Origin: a virus
Lineage: Duplodnaviria > Caudoviricetes
Direction: 5' to 3' (one strand)
Virus record (IMG/VR): IMGVR_UViG_3300035510_000283
Coordinates: 2,544-66,543 of that record
DNA: 64,000 nt
Part shown: piece after piece, positions 36,834 to 49,900 of the stretch
How positions within the stretch are numbered: position 1 is the first letter of the stretch
Layout: the number at the start of each line of letters is the position of its first letter
Translations under genes and position numbers: made by a program
The notes under the pieces: generated by a model
Told to the model about the DNA's origin: nothing
Database searches by the model: none
What the model saw: the letters and a program-made list of their open reading frames with translations, nothing else

Positions 36834-38934
36834 TGCTATACTCAAGGAGAATGAGCATCGTAATGCTATCATTCATGCTCCGTTCAATCCTGTGACGGGT
36901 AAAGGTTCGTTGGGTGAGCGTGTGCTTATAGAAATATCTGATTTTCCGATACGCCGACAATGGGTGCCGCGTGCCATGCTTGCCGTGCCCATGGTTAAGA
37001 CGTTGACACGGCTGGGTTCGCTTGATGAATTTATTCGCAAGGAATTGGAGGTTGAGCCGGATGCGTCGACACGCACACATGTTGTTGACCAGTTCACGCG
37101 CATACGCTGTCGCTTTGATTTTCCGTTTTGGGCGGCTGTGTTTGCATATATCAAGAATAAAAACATCGACGGAGACCCTGAGATACTTTTTCGTCTGTCA
37201 TACCCGCAACGCAAGTTTGTCAGTGTGCTTGAAAGCTTTCGCCTTGCCGGCAAACCAATTCGTTTGGTGCTGCTCAAGGCTCGTCAGTGGGGTGGCTCTA
37301 CTACCTCTCAACTTTATATGGCGTGGATGCAGTTCACTCAGCGATATGGGTTAAACTCTCTGATTATTGCACACCAGGGTACAGCATCTGACGAAATCAA
37401 GGATATGTTTGACCGAATGGTAAAGAACTATCCGGTTTCGATGCTGCATCGCTTGGGCGATGCCTATTCAGAAAATGAGCCTAAAATGGTTGGCGTGGGT
37501 AAATCAGGTTCTATCTTCCGTGTGCCTCAACGCGAGTGCAAGATAAAGATTGGCACGGCAGAGCGCCCCGACTCTTGCCGTGGCGGTGACTATGCACTTG
37601 TGCATCTTTCTGAGGTTGGTATATGGAAGGAGACTGAGGGCAAAAAGCCTGCCGATATTGTGCGCTCTGCTTGCGGTGGCGTACTCAACCGTCCCGGCAC
37701 GATGATTGTCTATGAGTCAACGGCAAACGGCCATGGTAATTTTTTCCATAAGGAATATGTTGATGCTCGCGACAACCCCCGTTCACAGTTCAAGCGCTTG
37801 TTTGTGCCGTGGTATGATATTGACTGGAATGTCATACCATTTGAGGATGACAATGCGAAGTTGGCATTTGCTAAACAGCTATACGAAAATCGTAACAATG
37901 CGAATGCTCCGTCAAATCGTGAAGAACCGGGCAAGTATCTTTGGTGGCTTTGGGGTTTGGGCGCAACGCTCGAGGGTATTAATTGGTATATCGTTGAGCG
38001 AAGCAAGCACACTGAGCATGGTTCAATGGCTGCTGAGTGTCCCTCTGATGATATAGAGGCCTTTGTCAACTCAGGTGCTTGCGTATTTGACAAATACCTC
38101 GTTGAGAAATTTCGCCCCGCGTGTCGGCCTCCTTTGTATGTCGGCGATGTCTACGGGCGTTCAAATGCCGGCATAGATGCTCTCTCCGAACTGCGCTTTG
38201 CCGAAGATAAACAAGGCGTGTTGTGGGTGTGGGCTTTACCCGATGTGGCAGACGACGATGACACCGAGGTTATAAATGACCGCTATCTGACTGTTGTTGA
38301 CGTCGGTGGCCGTTCAAACAAGGCCGACTGGTCTGTAATTGTTGTGTTTGATAGGATAGCGATGATGGATGGTGAGAAGCCTGCTGTCGTTGCTCAGTGG
38401 CGTGGCCACATTGATATTGACCTTTTGGCGTGGAAAGCGGCGCAGATTGCTGCCTTCTACGATGACTCTCTGCTCGTTATCGAAAGTAATACGCTTGAGA
38501 CGCACGATAAAGAGCGCCAAGTTGACGGTGACCAATCGCAATATATTCTCAATCAGATAAAGGAGATATATCCAAACCTGTATGCACGCCGTCAGTCTGA
38601 GGAGGATATACGCCAGTGTCTGCCGCGCAAATATGGCTTCCATACCAACACATACACAAAGCCCATGATTATTAGCGGCCTTGTAAAGTACGTGCGTGAG
38701 CATGCGTATGTCGAAGCAGACTCTCGCTGCTTGGATGAGTTTCTTGCATACGAGAGAAAGCCCAACGGCGCTTATGGTGCTATTATAGGAGAGCATGATG
38801 ACCTCCTAATGACACGCGCTATTGGGCTTCATATATGTTTCAACGAAATGCCGCTGCCAACAGTCACTCAAACCGAAAGTGAAGTGTTTAGGCGCATAAC
38901 AGCATCACATGTTGTGAGTGCTGCTTCGTTCTAG
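36787..38934 (+). CDS. terL: Terminase large subunit
   Basis: LLKARQWGGST Walker A, VHLSEVGIW Walker B, YESTANG coupling motif and TVVDVGG..HDDLLM nuclease motifs. The start at 36787 is preferred over 36463. Confidence 0.9.
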   Translation: MMKSSTNKSKSINPIDAILKENEHRNAIIHAPFNPVTGKGSLGERVLIEISDFPIRRQWVPRAMLAVPMVKTLTRLGSLDEFIRKELEVEPDASTRTHVVDQFTRIRCRFDFPFWAAVFAYIKNKNIDGDPEILFRLSYPQRKFVSVLESFRLAGKPIRLVLLKARQWGGSTTSQLYMAWMQFTQRYGLNSLIIAHQGTASDEIKDMFDRMVKNYPVSMLHRLGDAYSENEPKMVGVGKSGSIFRVPQRECKIKIGTAERPDSCRGGDYALVHLSEVGIWKETEGKKPADIVRSACGGVLNRPGTMIVYESTANGHGNFFHKEYVDARDNPRSQFKRLFVPWYDIDWNVIPFEDDNAKLAFAKQLYENRNNANAPSNREEPGKYLWWLWGLGATLEGINWYIVERSKHTEHGSMAAECPSDDIEAFVNSGACVFDKYLVEKFRPACRPPLYVGDVYGRSNAGIDALSELRFAEDKQGVLWVWALPDVADDDDTEVINDRYLTVVDVGGRSNKADWSVIVVFDRIAMMDGEKPAVVAQWRGHIDIDLLAWKAAQIAAFYDDSLLVIESNTLETHDKERQVDGDQSQYILNQIKEIYPNLYARRQSEEDIRQCLPRKYGFHTNTYTKPMIISGLVKYVREHAYVEADSRCLDEFLAYERKPNGAYGAIIGEHDDLLMTRAIGLHICFNEMPLPTVTQTESEVFRRITASHVVSAASF

Positions 38935-40901
38935 CTGCGCATAGCATCGTTGAGGCGGTTAACTGCGTCCAGGTTGGTGTTCTGCTCAACTTGGGCACGC
39001 AGCTCCGGCGAAACACCTTGTGGTTGCTCTCCGTTTTGTATCTGCGCTTGTTGTGCTTGCAATGACTGCAGCAGTTGGTCTGCGAATGGAAATTCTCCCG
39101 TTTGCAAAAGTTGTTGCAGTGAGATTTGTCCCGACTGCCAAATTTGCATGAGGAATTCATTTGCCATGGCTCTGTATACGGGCGTGGCTGTGCTCTGTGC
39201 AACCGCAAGGTTGAAATCTGAATTAACAACCTCTTTGGGATTGAACTCGATGCTTGAGAGATTTGTGCCGGCAATAGCCGTGATTTGTTTCTCGTCGTAG
39301 AACTGCTGGATGTTCTTAACATCTTTCGATGCTGCATCCACAACAAACTCATTGAACGACTCAAGTAAATCAAGCAACGATGTTGTTGCGTTTTGCGTCT
39401 GCTGATTGTAGAGCGCTCCACTGATGCCTGAATAACCCGGTTTTCCTTGCAATGCGCCGTTTACACCGCTAATGTCCTCAAAGAACTTGAGCTGTAGGTT
39501 TAAAAGTTCGTTGATGCCTATGTTTGTAGAGTTAGCTGCAATTTGTTGCGGCACGTTGCCATGCTTGGCGCTTGGAGTGTATAAAAGCATGCCATTCGGA
39601 CTGCTCCATGTTTCGGCAAAATCTTCGGGGCTTACTCCCTTGGGAATACAGTCAGTCGGCACCATCAACACACCTTTGGCACTTGCTCGCATTATCCAGT
39701 CATACAGCGTTATCAATCGGTTGGTGTAGCGCTGTTGGTCGATGATGTCTGCAACAAAGCTGTGTATCTCTCCGTCAATGAACGGGTATGCTTTGAATAC
39801 GTATGGATGCCCTCCATGCTCGTAAGGTGTTTCGCCTTCGTCAAGTATGTCTCCTTGCGGCGAGAGCATGTAATAGTACCAATACTCGTCAAGGCCATAC
39901 TCAGCATCAATGAGAGGGATGTCGTTCACCTCCATGCCAAACGATGTACCTTGCTGTATGCGACGTTCGTTTTCTTGCACCACCATCTTCGGGTAGTCTT
40001 CAAGCTCGCACTTGAATACCTTGGCTGTGTTCCAGTCGTGGCAGAAATAACGCGGCTTGCTTTCCTTGCGCCACACCTCAATCACGCGACAACGTGTTTC
40101 GTCAAGCGGCATAAGAAAATCAAGTTGTGATGTCGTGCGGTTTGTATAGCCAAAGTCTTGCCATGCTTGCGTAAGTGCGCTACGGTTGCGGGCTACACGA
40201 TAAATCTCTGCCAAACGTTCATAGTCTTGCGGAGAGTGAACAAAACGTTTGCACAGGGTATTAAAGTCGATGTCATGTATCTCGCCTACGCAAGAGCAGT
40301 CCCAACCACGAAAGTCGCGCATGTTGGTGTCTATAAAGAAGTTGTTAGGCTGCACGTTATCAGTCCAACAATCGAGCTTGCCAAACTTCCAACCGTAATA
40401 TTTACGATGCACAATGAAGCCGCTGATAAGATATTCCTCCATGGTGCGGGCATAAAGCTCCTTCATGCGATTGAGCTGCATGTTGTACTGCAGCAGTGTG
40501 CTCATTACGTCAGCGAGTGGTTGCTCGTCCTTGTCGCGTGCCGAGCATGTTGGCTCGGTTGATTGGCTGCGATACACACCAATAACGTTGCGCACAAGGC
40601 GGCGTATAAGATTGTTCTTCAATGGGATGTTGCCTTGCTTCATGATATATTCGTCTTCGCGCATTTTTTCGCCGTTGACACATATCACGTCTGACCACTG
40701 GTCACCATAGTTGTATTTCTTATTGCGCTCTCGATCGCGACGAAATCTGTCCATCGCTTGGTAATATGTCTGCACTTCCAACAGAATGTTCAATGCGCGT
40801 GTGCGGTCATCGCGGTCGGTTATCTTCGAGCGCTTCACCGTGTCCATTTCTTCTGTCGTACGGCAAGTGCCAACACGACTCATGCTATGCAATCTCATCA
40901 T
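38931..40901 (-). CDS. Portal protein
   Basis: 656 aa, P22-like: NNLIRRLVRNVIG..IDQQRYTNRL..EDISGVNGALQG. Confidence 0.8.
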   Translation of the reverse strand: MMRLHSMSRVGTCRTTEEMDTVKRSKITDRDDRTRALNILLEVQTYYQAMDRFRRDRERNKKYNYGDQWSDVICVNGEKMREDEYIMKQGNIPLKNNLIRRLVRNVIGVYRSQSTEPTCSARDKDEQPLADVMSTLLQYNMQLNRMKELYARTMEEYLISGFIVHRKYYGWKFGKLDCWTDNVQPNNFFIDTNMRDFRGWDCSCVGEIHDIDFNTLCKRFVHSPQDYERLAEIYRVARNRSALTQAWQDFGYTNRTTSQLDFLMPLDETRCRVIEVWRKESKPRYFCHDWNTAKVFKCELEDYPKMVVQENERRIQQGTSFGMEVNDIPLIDAEYGLDEYWYYYMLSPQGDILDEGETPYEHGGHPYVFKAYPFIDGEIHSFVADIIDQQRYTNRLITLYDWIMRASAKGVLMVPTDCIPKGVSPEDFAETWSSPNGMLLYTPSAKHGNVPQQIAANSTNIGINELLNLQLKFFEDISGVNGALQGKPGYSGISGALYNQQTQNATTSLLDLLESFNEFVVDAASKDVKNIQQFYDEKQITAIAGTNLSSIEFNPKEVVNSDFNLAVAQSTATPVYRAMANEFLMQIWQSGQISLQQLLQTGEFPFADQLLQSLQAQQAQIQNGEQPQGVSPELRAQVEQNTNLDAVNRLNDAMRS

Positions 40902-40922
40902 TGTATGTTCTTATAATGTTTT

Positions 40923-40961
40923 AAAAGTTAGAGACAAAGTTACTCTCTGCCTCTAACTTTT
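40923..40961 (-). terminator. Inverted repeat after the giant gene, enclosing a TAACTTTG promoter element for the portal gene
   Basis: AAAAGTTAGAG / CTCTAACTTTT arms; TAACTTTG at 40942-40935 on the minus strand. Confidence 0.55.
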
Positions 40962-40970
40962 TGATTTTAA

Positions 40971-43900
40971 CTATTGATTGTTGTTGCGTTTCTCCCACTC
41001 GCTGACGATTTTTATCAGCTCCTTTTGAGCCTCGCGAGCCTTCTGCTTATCTTTGTAGCTGTTAAGCATTCTTACTGCGGCGCTTTTGTAGTTGACAATA
41101 TCGGCGGCGTTGGCGGCTGCAAGTTCCGGAGTTGGAGCACTTGTCCATGATTTTATCATCTTGTCAAGCTTGCCGTGTAAGCCTTGGTAAAGCATGTAGC
41201 GTTGACCTTCGGGTGTGCGGAATAACTCTTGAGCCTTTGCTGCGCGGTTTATCATGTCGTTGCTGTCAATCTCGCGCAGACGTTGGCCGAATTGCTTATA
41301 CTCCTCTTCGTACTTGTCAAAGCTATCACTTATTGCACTGTCAGTGAGCTTGGAGATGCGCACCTTGGCTTCTTTGTTGAAGCGGGTGTTGAAGCGGTCA
41401 AGTTCCGATGCCCATTTATCCTTGCTCATTGCCAGGAGTGTCGTGAAGTTGGCGCGTCGTGCTTTGTAAATGGCGTAGCGCTCTGCCAGCTCCTCCGGTG
41501 ACTTACGTTGTGCCTCGCGTGCGTCCATGCCAAGCTCGTCAAAGTACACTTGGTCAATCTGAGACTGCGGGCATGATAGTATACGCATCCCAAGTATTGC
41601 AAGGTCTCTCATGCTCTTGTCGTCAGCGCCGAAATAGTCCAAGCCTGCCACAATCCAGTCCTCAAACACTTGCGGGTTAATACCTAGGGTGTATGCTGCA
41701 AGTGTCTGCACTCCGGTGTGTGCGGCTTCATAATACTTGCGGTTGACAATCGACGTTATCTCGTCTTCTAGCAGACTTGCTGCCGGAGACATGTCGGTGT
41801 CAAAATACGGACGTGTGCCTTGTATTGCACTGTATATAACATCGGGTATTGTGCCGCCTCCGGTGAAACCTTCAAGCGGGCCGAGAAAGCCTCGTTTCAA
41901 AGCATCTTCCGCTTGCTCCTTTTTCTTGTCTTTGTCCTTGCCGAATATCGCATACCACGCACCGGTAAGGCCGTATGACCAAAGTGCCGGCAGTATAAAG
42001 TCAAATGTGGCAGACTTCACAACATTGCGGCCAAGGTTGCGGTTGAACAGCCGGTTGGCTCGCCTTTCGGCTTGTTCTTCTGTCAAACCCATGCGCACAC
42101 CTTTCTTAATCTCATAAGCAATTTGCTCTTCCCTATTGGTTAGGCTGTTGTAAAGCTCGCGCTTGCTTTGTATTGATTGGCGAAGGTAGCTCATCGGGGA
42201 GTTGCGGAATGCAGTGAAACATGCTGTCATGTAGCTGCGGTCATTTTGCATCAGCGACAGATACGGCAGCTCGCTTGATTGTTGCGAGAGGTTGAATATC
42301 TGCTCTGCGTCCATAATGGCTTGCTTGTGCGCTTGCTCCGGGGTAAAGCCGTCTTTGATATATTCCTTATATTTGCAGGTATAGACAGCCTCAGAACCCA
42401 TTGACACTGTCAGTGCATCAATGAATGCGTTGGCCGACATGCCCCCACGTTGCAGTCGTTGCATGAACTCAGTGTTAGTCCATTTCCAATCGTGCTCTGT
42501 AGAACGCAATACCTCATTGCCCGCCTGTCTTGATTGCCAGCGGCGTTGGAATGACGGCATATTTTCCATTGCCCACTTCCAACACTCGCGTTGACGCTTT
42601 GGCGCTGTGTTATAGAGCAATCGTGCAACGTTAGCCTCGGCTAGAAATGCCGGGTATGAAAGCAGCTGTTTGAGCGCAGTGTTGAAGCGGAATGCAATAC
42701 ATGATGCCGTTACCAACTTTGTTGTGTTCACCAATGCCTTGTCAAATTCATTGACTTTAGGCTTGTATGCACCGCCAACCAACATTGAGAGGTTGTAGAA
42801 TTTCGCCCACAACTTCTTGCCGCTGCCGTATACAGTTGACATGTTCTTGATTTGGTTGCGGAAGCGTTTGTATGACAGCAATGTGCCAAGGTCGCGGCGA
42901 TACTCGGCAAATGCTGCCCAGTTCTCCATTTCGCGAACGTGGTCAAGTGCCACCGATATAGCATCCGAACCGGGTATGTCAAGCATGCTCGTGTTGAACT
43001 TGCGACGTATGATTGCACCGGTCATAATCTTTGGCAACTCGCGTCCTTCGGGGTCGAGACCTGCTTCTATCTGTGTTTGCTCTTGACGTGACTCTCCGAG
43101 TATCTTCAACGGGAAGTAGTTCTCTATCTCGTCCATCGGAGCACCAAACATGCGCATGTGTACCTCGTTGTACTTGTGTCGCAGTGCGGGTAGCAATTCT
43201 CCCTGTAGCCAATCTGCAGCTGCTTTAAGCCTCGGGTCTAATTTATCCTCAACGTTGATTATGTTTTCATCGGTGATGCCCATGGCACGGAGTTTTACAC
43301 GTCCGTCTTCCATTTTGTTGACCATGTACATATACATGAGGTTACCTTGCGTCACATTGTGGTTGCGCATTTCTCCGCCGTCCCACCAGCTGATGTGGCC
43401 GGCTTTCTTGTTGCTGAGGTCATAGAGGTCACTCCAGCGTGATTTGCGCTTGCCAAGTATCTGTGCGGCTTTGGCGTTGAGAATACCTTCGGTTTTTTGA
43501 GTCTCTGTCCACTCTTTGTCGCGGCACTCTTGCCAACCGTCAACGAAGCGTCTTTTCAGATACCCCTCCCCGTTAATGCTCTTTGAACCAAGCACTCTCA
43601 TCATCTGCTCGAATGTAGCTGTCGGTGCAAAGAAAATACGTGTCAAAATACCATTAGATAGCACTGTGCGCACTGACCTCTTCTGTCCGAACTCATTATA
43701 CGGTCTGCCGCTCATATCTGAGTTAGCGCAGTGGTGAATGTCGTTGATGCGCTGTTTCTCTCGCTGACGATACTCATTGAGGCGGTCTATTGACTCACTC
43801 ATCTCCGTGCCGATCAGCGAGGCAAGGTTGCGCAGCGCTTCTGCACGCTCAATCTTGGCCTTGCGAATTGACTCGTAGAGAGCTGCCTTCTGTTCAATGT

Positions 43901-46900
43901 AAGCTCGACGTGCTTCTCCGTTCATGTTCTTATCCCACTTGGCGGTAAGGTCGCCGATGGCGTTACGAATAGCGGTTTCATCGCTCTCGCGTGCACGCAC
44001 ATCGTTGCGATACTTCTGTGCAAGCACTAAGCCTCTGTGTTCGGCTGCTGCCATGATAGCAACATTGTCGTCATCACCGGCAAGGCGCTCCTCAAGTGTT
44101 GAGATACGCTCTGCGATTTCACCGTCTTCTTTGACGTTCATGTAGTCTTTGAACGCACGAACCATAACCTGACCTTGCGGGTCAAGTTTGCCGGCAACTG
44201 CAACACCCTTGGCATTGACCTTGTCGCCGCGCACTTTCAGCATTTTGTCAAAGAAGCGTTCTGACAAGCGCAACTGGTTGTCAACAAACAAGTCCATAAG
44301 CGAGTTAACGGCATCTGCAAAGTCTTTGTCGGTTTGTGCGTGGTGCTGCACTTTCTGTTTGTCGGTGTAGTTGTGACCTAAACCTTTTTGCAGTATTGCT
44401 GTCAGTCGTTTCACTTCCTCGCGTCCCTCGGGGCAAAAGTCTGCACTCTCCATGAGCACGTTGGCAACGTTGCGCAGTGACTTGACGGTGTTGTAGTCAA
44501 GTTCTTGCTGTGCTGTCATAGCCTTGCGGATGTCACTGAGGGTATTGCCGATTGCTTGAAGTGCTGCATCTTTAACGGCAATATCGTCTTTGTGTCGCTC
44601 TGAGAGCATGGTGGCAATCTTCAAGGTTTTCTCCTGCATGTCCATGCTGCGCATTTCCTCCTTGTCGCGCTCGTTCTGCTCGTCGGCATCGCGGAACTCC
44701 AACCCTTGCTCCGGGTCAAAGTCACGCCCGCTCTCGCGTGCCCAGTCATATTCAACAGGTGTCATATCAGGATGCTCACTGTTGAACTTGTCTATGACTT
44801 GACGTGCTTCGGCATCGCCGATTATACGGTTAGCCTTGAATGCTCCGGCAACATACCAACCCACACGGTCTGCCTGGCTCTTTCCCTTGTCAGCATTTGT
44901 GGCTTTGATGTAGTAACCATCTTCGGGAATGCGGTCGGGTAGGTCGCGGTCGGGATTGCGCTCTGCTTCGGCATTGTAGTCAACGTCAGCTGATACCTCG
45001 CCCTCAACCCACACAAAGCTGTTGTCGCGAAGGTTCTTTTCTTTACCCTTGCCGATTTGTCGCATTGTAGGCAGAGAGCCGGCATGCCAACCGGGGCGCA
45101 GTGAGAATGTTGATACGCTGCCCGAACCGTTGATGCCCAAGTTCCAATACTTGCGGTTTTCACCGTCAAAGCGGCGTTGTGCTTTTTCGGTCTGCTCTAT
45201 GACCATCCAACGCAGTCCGTTGTCTGAGGCATAGTTGATAGCGTCAACGTTTGGATATTTTGTTGACGTTGCCATGTCGGCATGTTCGGCGTTGAACTGC
45301 TCGCGTGTCATCACCTCTCCGGTTGACGGATTGACAAGGTATGTGCCCGGGGCTTTGTCTCGGAGCATTGACAAGTCGGGGCTGTCTGCATCGTACCATC
45401 TGCCTAATTCAGTGGGAACGGAGCTGTCAATAAACAGCGGATATAGCTTGCCGTCTTTGCCAAGACGCATGAGCTTGTAAACCTTGATTGTCCTTTTCGG
45501 CGCTTCTTTCTCACGCGGACGATACTCCGGCACTGAATTTTTTTCTTCGCTTGTTGCCTGAGTATCAGAATTATTTTGTACCTTTGTGCCATCAAAGTCT
45601 AATTCTTTATCGGTGTGTGCGCCTTCGGGCGTGTTAGTATCACTTTGTGCTCTGCGAGACGTACCGGAAGATTGGACTTTTTTGTTTGTATAGAAGTCAT
45701 TGAATTCTTCAACACCTTTCTTCCTTTCGGTCACAACGGTATATCTAACGCCATCTTTAACCAATGTATATTCATACAAGTTCGCTCCACGTCGTTCCTT
45801 TTCAACGCGTTCCCCGTTGGTTAGTACTTCGGGGATAAGTTTCAAGTCTTCTGCTCTAATAACTCCCACGCCTGTACCATAGTGACGGTAAATGCTGTGT
45901 TTTGTCCCAGCTCCACCTTCGCTGCCTTGTCGCATGATTACAGTGTGCTTGCCGTCTTCGCGCTCAACAGTTAGACGTGTATTGTCCTTGTCGCCGCTGA
46001 ATGCGTCAACAACGGCACGTTGATTGTCGTCAAGCTCTGCATCTTTCAATGTTTCTTTGATTTCACGCATACGCTTCGGCACACGGCTACCCATTTCAGA
46101 TACGCCGCCAAGCATACTTTCAAGCAAGATTTGGTCTTCGCGTGCAACATCCTCCGTCTCGCTTGCTAGACTACTGCGGCGCTCCTCATCGGACATGCTC
46201 ATACGCTTTTCAACGTTGCGGCTCTCAACCTCACCACCCAATCTGCGATACTGATCAAATGCGCTTGGTATGTTCTCCAAATCTGCCACAAGACCGTCAA
46301 TGTCACCATAGCCATACCGCTTGGCAAGTCGCTGCAATACGTCTGAATACGCGTCTCTTATCCTGTAATGTTCATATCCGGGCACTTTCATATTCATGCT
46401 CTTATCCAATGCGGCTGCTAGACTTCTGCTATCAGAAATCACAGTATCGTCTTCAAGCAAGTGTCCGTCAGTAAGGAAGTTTAATCTGCGTATAACGTCT
46501 GCTCGTTGGTCCTTAAATTCTCTGGCACTACCGCCACGCGCAAAACCTTCTTGTGCCTGAATTGCATGTTGCAATTCGTGAGCTAAAACATCTTCAGCTT
46601 TGTGGTTGAGTACAATGATATTTGCCTCTGGATCATAATATGCAAGACTTCCGCGCAAGTTATCTGTTCCAATCTTTACTTCCATGTTGCGTAATTCTGG
46701 ATAGGCTTCAAATAGCTCGTCATCGTCAACAAAGTCGTCTAAGTGTTTAGGCTGGTCAGACAATTCTGCTTCCTTTGTTTCTAGTTCGGCAATTCGATGA
46801 GCTTTTTCCGGGTCCATACCTCCGGCAATATATATATCTGCCATATCGGTATCCTCGGTAACCTCGCCGCCACTTTTTTCAAATATTTCACTACCTTTCC

Positions 46901-49900
46901 TGAATGCTTCGATTGATTCTTTAAATGAAGCTCTTAGCTCATCTCGTTCTTCTTTAGTTAATTCAAAACGTTCAGGGTGCAAGTTGCCGTTTCGGTCAAA
47001 CTTTTTAAAGTCGGGTGTCTCGTAGCGCCACTTGCCGTCTGCGCCACGTTCCCAACCTGTTGCAAGTTTGATAGCGCGAGCGTCCTTGCCGGTTTTCTCC
47101 ATGTCGCGAGCAACGCCAAGGTTGTCCATGCGAGTTGTTGCCTCCTCGCTCTTATCAAGCTGCTCAGCACCTCGCTCACCGATAAACCGATACTCTTGCG
47201 ATTGGTCGCGAGCCACAAGTGGCATACTGTCTGCGTTGCGCTCCCATTGCTGGCGGCGTACTTCATCGTTGGCACGGTCAAAGAAATCACCCTCAACGCT
47301 CTTGCCCTCTGCTTTGCGCACTTGGTGCTGATACAACTTCCACAGCATATAGCTGAGGTCATCATCAGTGAGCTTTATGCGTTTGGGTATCTTCATATCG
47401 GCGAAGATGCGATTAAGGAACTCCTCAACCTTTGTCTTCAACTTGTTCCAGACACTCTTTTGCTCTGTTTCAAGTTTATCATAACCTTTCTCGTGCACGG
47501 TCTCGGCAAGTCCTGCAATATACTCGCGTGTGGCTTTGCGATAGTCCCATGCGTTCTTGCGCATGAGCGATGCAATGCCGTTCTTGGTTTTTTCGCCGGC
47601 ATGTTCCCAAACCTCGTCAACGAACTTGTTGAAACGTTCCTCGCCCATGATTTGCTCAAGGTCTTTGTGACCTACAATTTCGTGCATGATGGTGCGCGCA
47701 ACGTCTTCAACATTGCGATGCGTGGCTATGTTAACATGTATCTCGCCTGTATTGGGGTTGTACCAACCTTTTGCACGACGCTTCTTGTACAGCTGCTCCA
47801 TATTGCTGTCATGTATGTCACCGGGGGCTTCATACACCACAACTTTCTCGCCAAGGCGTTTTGCAAACTCGTTGGCGGTTGCAACCATCTTCAAGTGCGT
47901 GACGCGGTCGGGCATGGTGTTTGCCACGTCCTCACCATCTGCCATGCGCTTGTAGTATAGCTTCATATAGTCAAGCTCGGCAAGTTCTTGGTCTATTGCT
48001 CGCTGACCTTTGGCGTCGTAATACTCGCGGTCTTCCAACAGCTCTTGACGGCGGCGGTCAATGATGTCCATGGCACTCTCGCCAATCTCTTTAGCTCGTG
48101 CCGATATGAGAGAGCCGTCCTCGTTGTAAATGCTGCCAACGCTTTTCTTGGTCTTGTTTATTTCGGCTGTTGCACCGCCATGGCCGTATGCGTTGTCGTA
48201 ATAGTAGTCTTCGCTGAGGTCACCTTTGGGGTTGCGAGTGTTGGTGTGCTCGGCTTTCCACTGCTGCTCCCATGCTTTCTCTTGCGATGCAAGGTCGCGG
48301 AGAGTGCTGCGCTCGTGCAAGCTGAGTGGATGTCCAAGCTCGTCACGCTTGAAGCGCAGACGGTCAAGTTGCTCGCTCCATGGCTGCACAAGTCGTGCGT
48401 TCTCGTACTCAACACCTTCTTCGGCTGTGCGGAAACGAATAGGTTGAGCTGCCTTGTCACGCTCTGCTTCCCATGCTTTTCTCTCCTCTGACGATTTATA
48501 TTCCTCCATCTTTTGGCGATATTCAGCACGTTCTTTCTCGTAAACAGCATCATCTTTTGCAGTGCCGTCCTCATTGTAAGCAGACGGTGGAATGGGGGCT
48601 TTCGGTTGCGACTTGAGCACGTCAAGATATTTCTTGGCATTGTTGTAAAGCTCCTCAATGCCTTTTTCATCAATTATGCGCAAGGGGTTATTCTTGCCGC
48701 CAAGTCCAAACACACTGTAGCCGTCTGCCCTGTCAATGTTGACAATGGCGTTGGGGTTAATCACGCAAAGCTCTTGCTCGGAATGGTCGGATGTTCTGTC
48801 ACCAATCCACACAGCATCAACACCGTCTTTCCATAAGTCGGTGATAATGTCGTCAAGCTCGGCTGCGTCCGACAAATCGGGTCGCTCTATTACCTTGGCG
48901 TTCTTTGCCAAAATAACCGGCATAATCCTTACATGTGATGATGTGCCGGAAAAGCGTGAGGCAATGCGTTTGCTGCTGCTTAGGCTTACTCCCCAATACT
49001 TCTGACCGTAACCGCCGCCACCTGTTCTCTCAACTTCGCGGTCGCTCATCAGTATGCTCGGCTTTAATGAGCCGCCACCATACGCTGTGCCATGATAGAA
49101 CATGTGTTCTGCTAGTTCTTTGGGACTGCTAAACTCTGAAATCAGTTTTGCTGCCCATGTTACACCCTTGCGGCTGCCAACCATGTCTTTCAGTCGGCGA
49201 ATGATTTTGTCCTTTGTCCATTCTCCTCTGATAGGGCTAATTGTTGCACGGGGGTTGTAACCGTTTTCATCGTCACCTGTGCGGAACTCCAAATTATTTT
49301 CGCTATTTGCTTGCTTATCAGCGGAATTAGTTGTACCTTTGTCGGCAGAAAGGTTTGGTTCGACAGCGCGTGAGCCATCTGGATTTTCAGTCTGACCAGC
49401 GGTTGCTAGGGTGGCAGAGCCTTTCTTTGACTTGGGTACGTTATTGTCGAAAGACGTAACTACCCAATTTTTATTTTCATCAATAATCTTGCCGGTTTCC
49501 TTATCACGTGTATTTTTACGAATTACAACACGCATACCATCTTTTTCGATTGTCATCTTATCCCAACGGTCTTTAATGACGTTACCATTGTTAATAACGT
49601 CTTCAATTACGTTCTGGGCTTCTTCAATGTTTGCAAAGTCTTTCCCACTACCAACATGCTTGTCAACAATGTGTTCAAGACCTCCGCTCTTATCGCCCCA
49701 CACAAGGTCAATATCACCAACCTCTTTTCGGTGGAATACACTTAATAAATCACCGGCTTTATTATTAGTTAAGAAAGCGAATGCCTCCTTGACCTTGCCT
49801 TTGAATTGGTCGTAGATGTCTCCAAATGCACCTTTGCCAATGGGCTTAACGTCACGTTGTTTGGCGGCGAGAGCGTCTGAGTAGATGCGCTTCTTGGCGA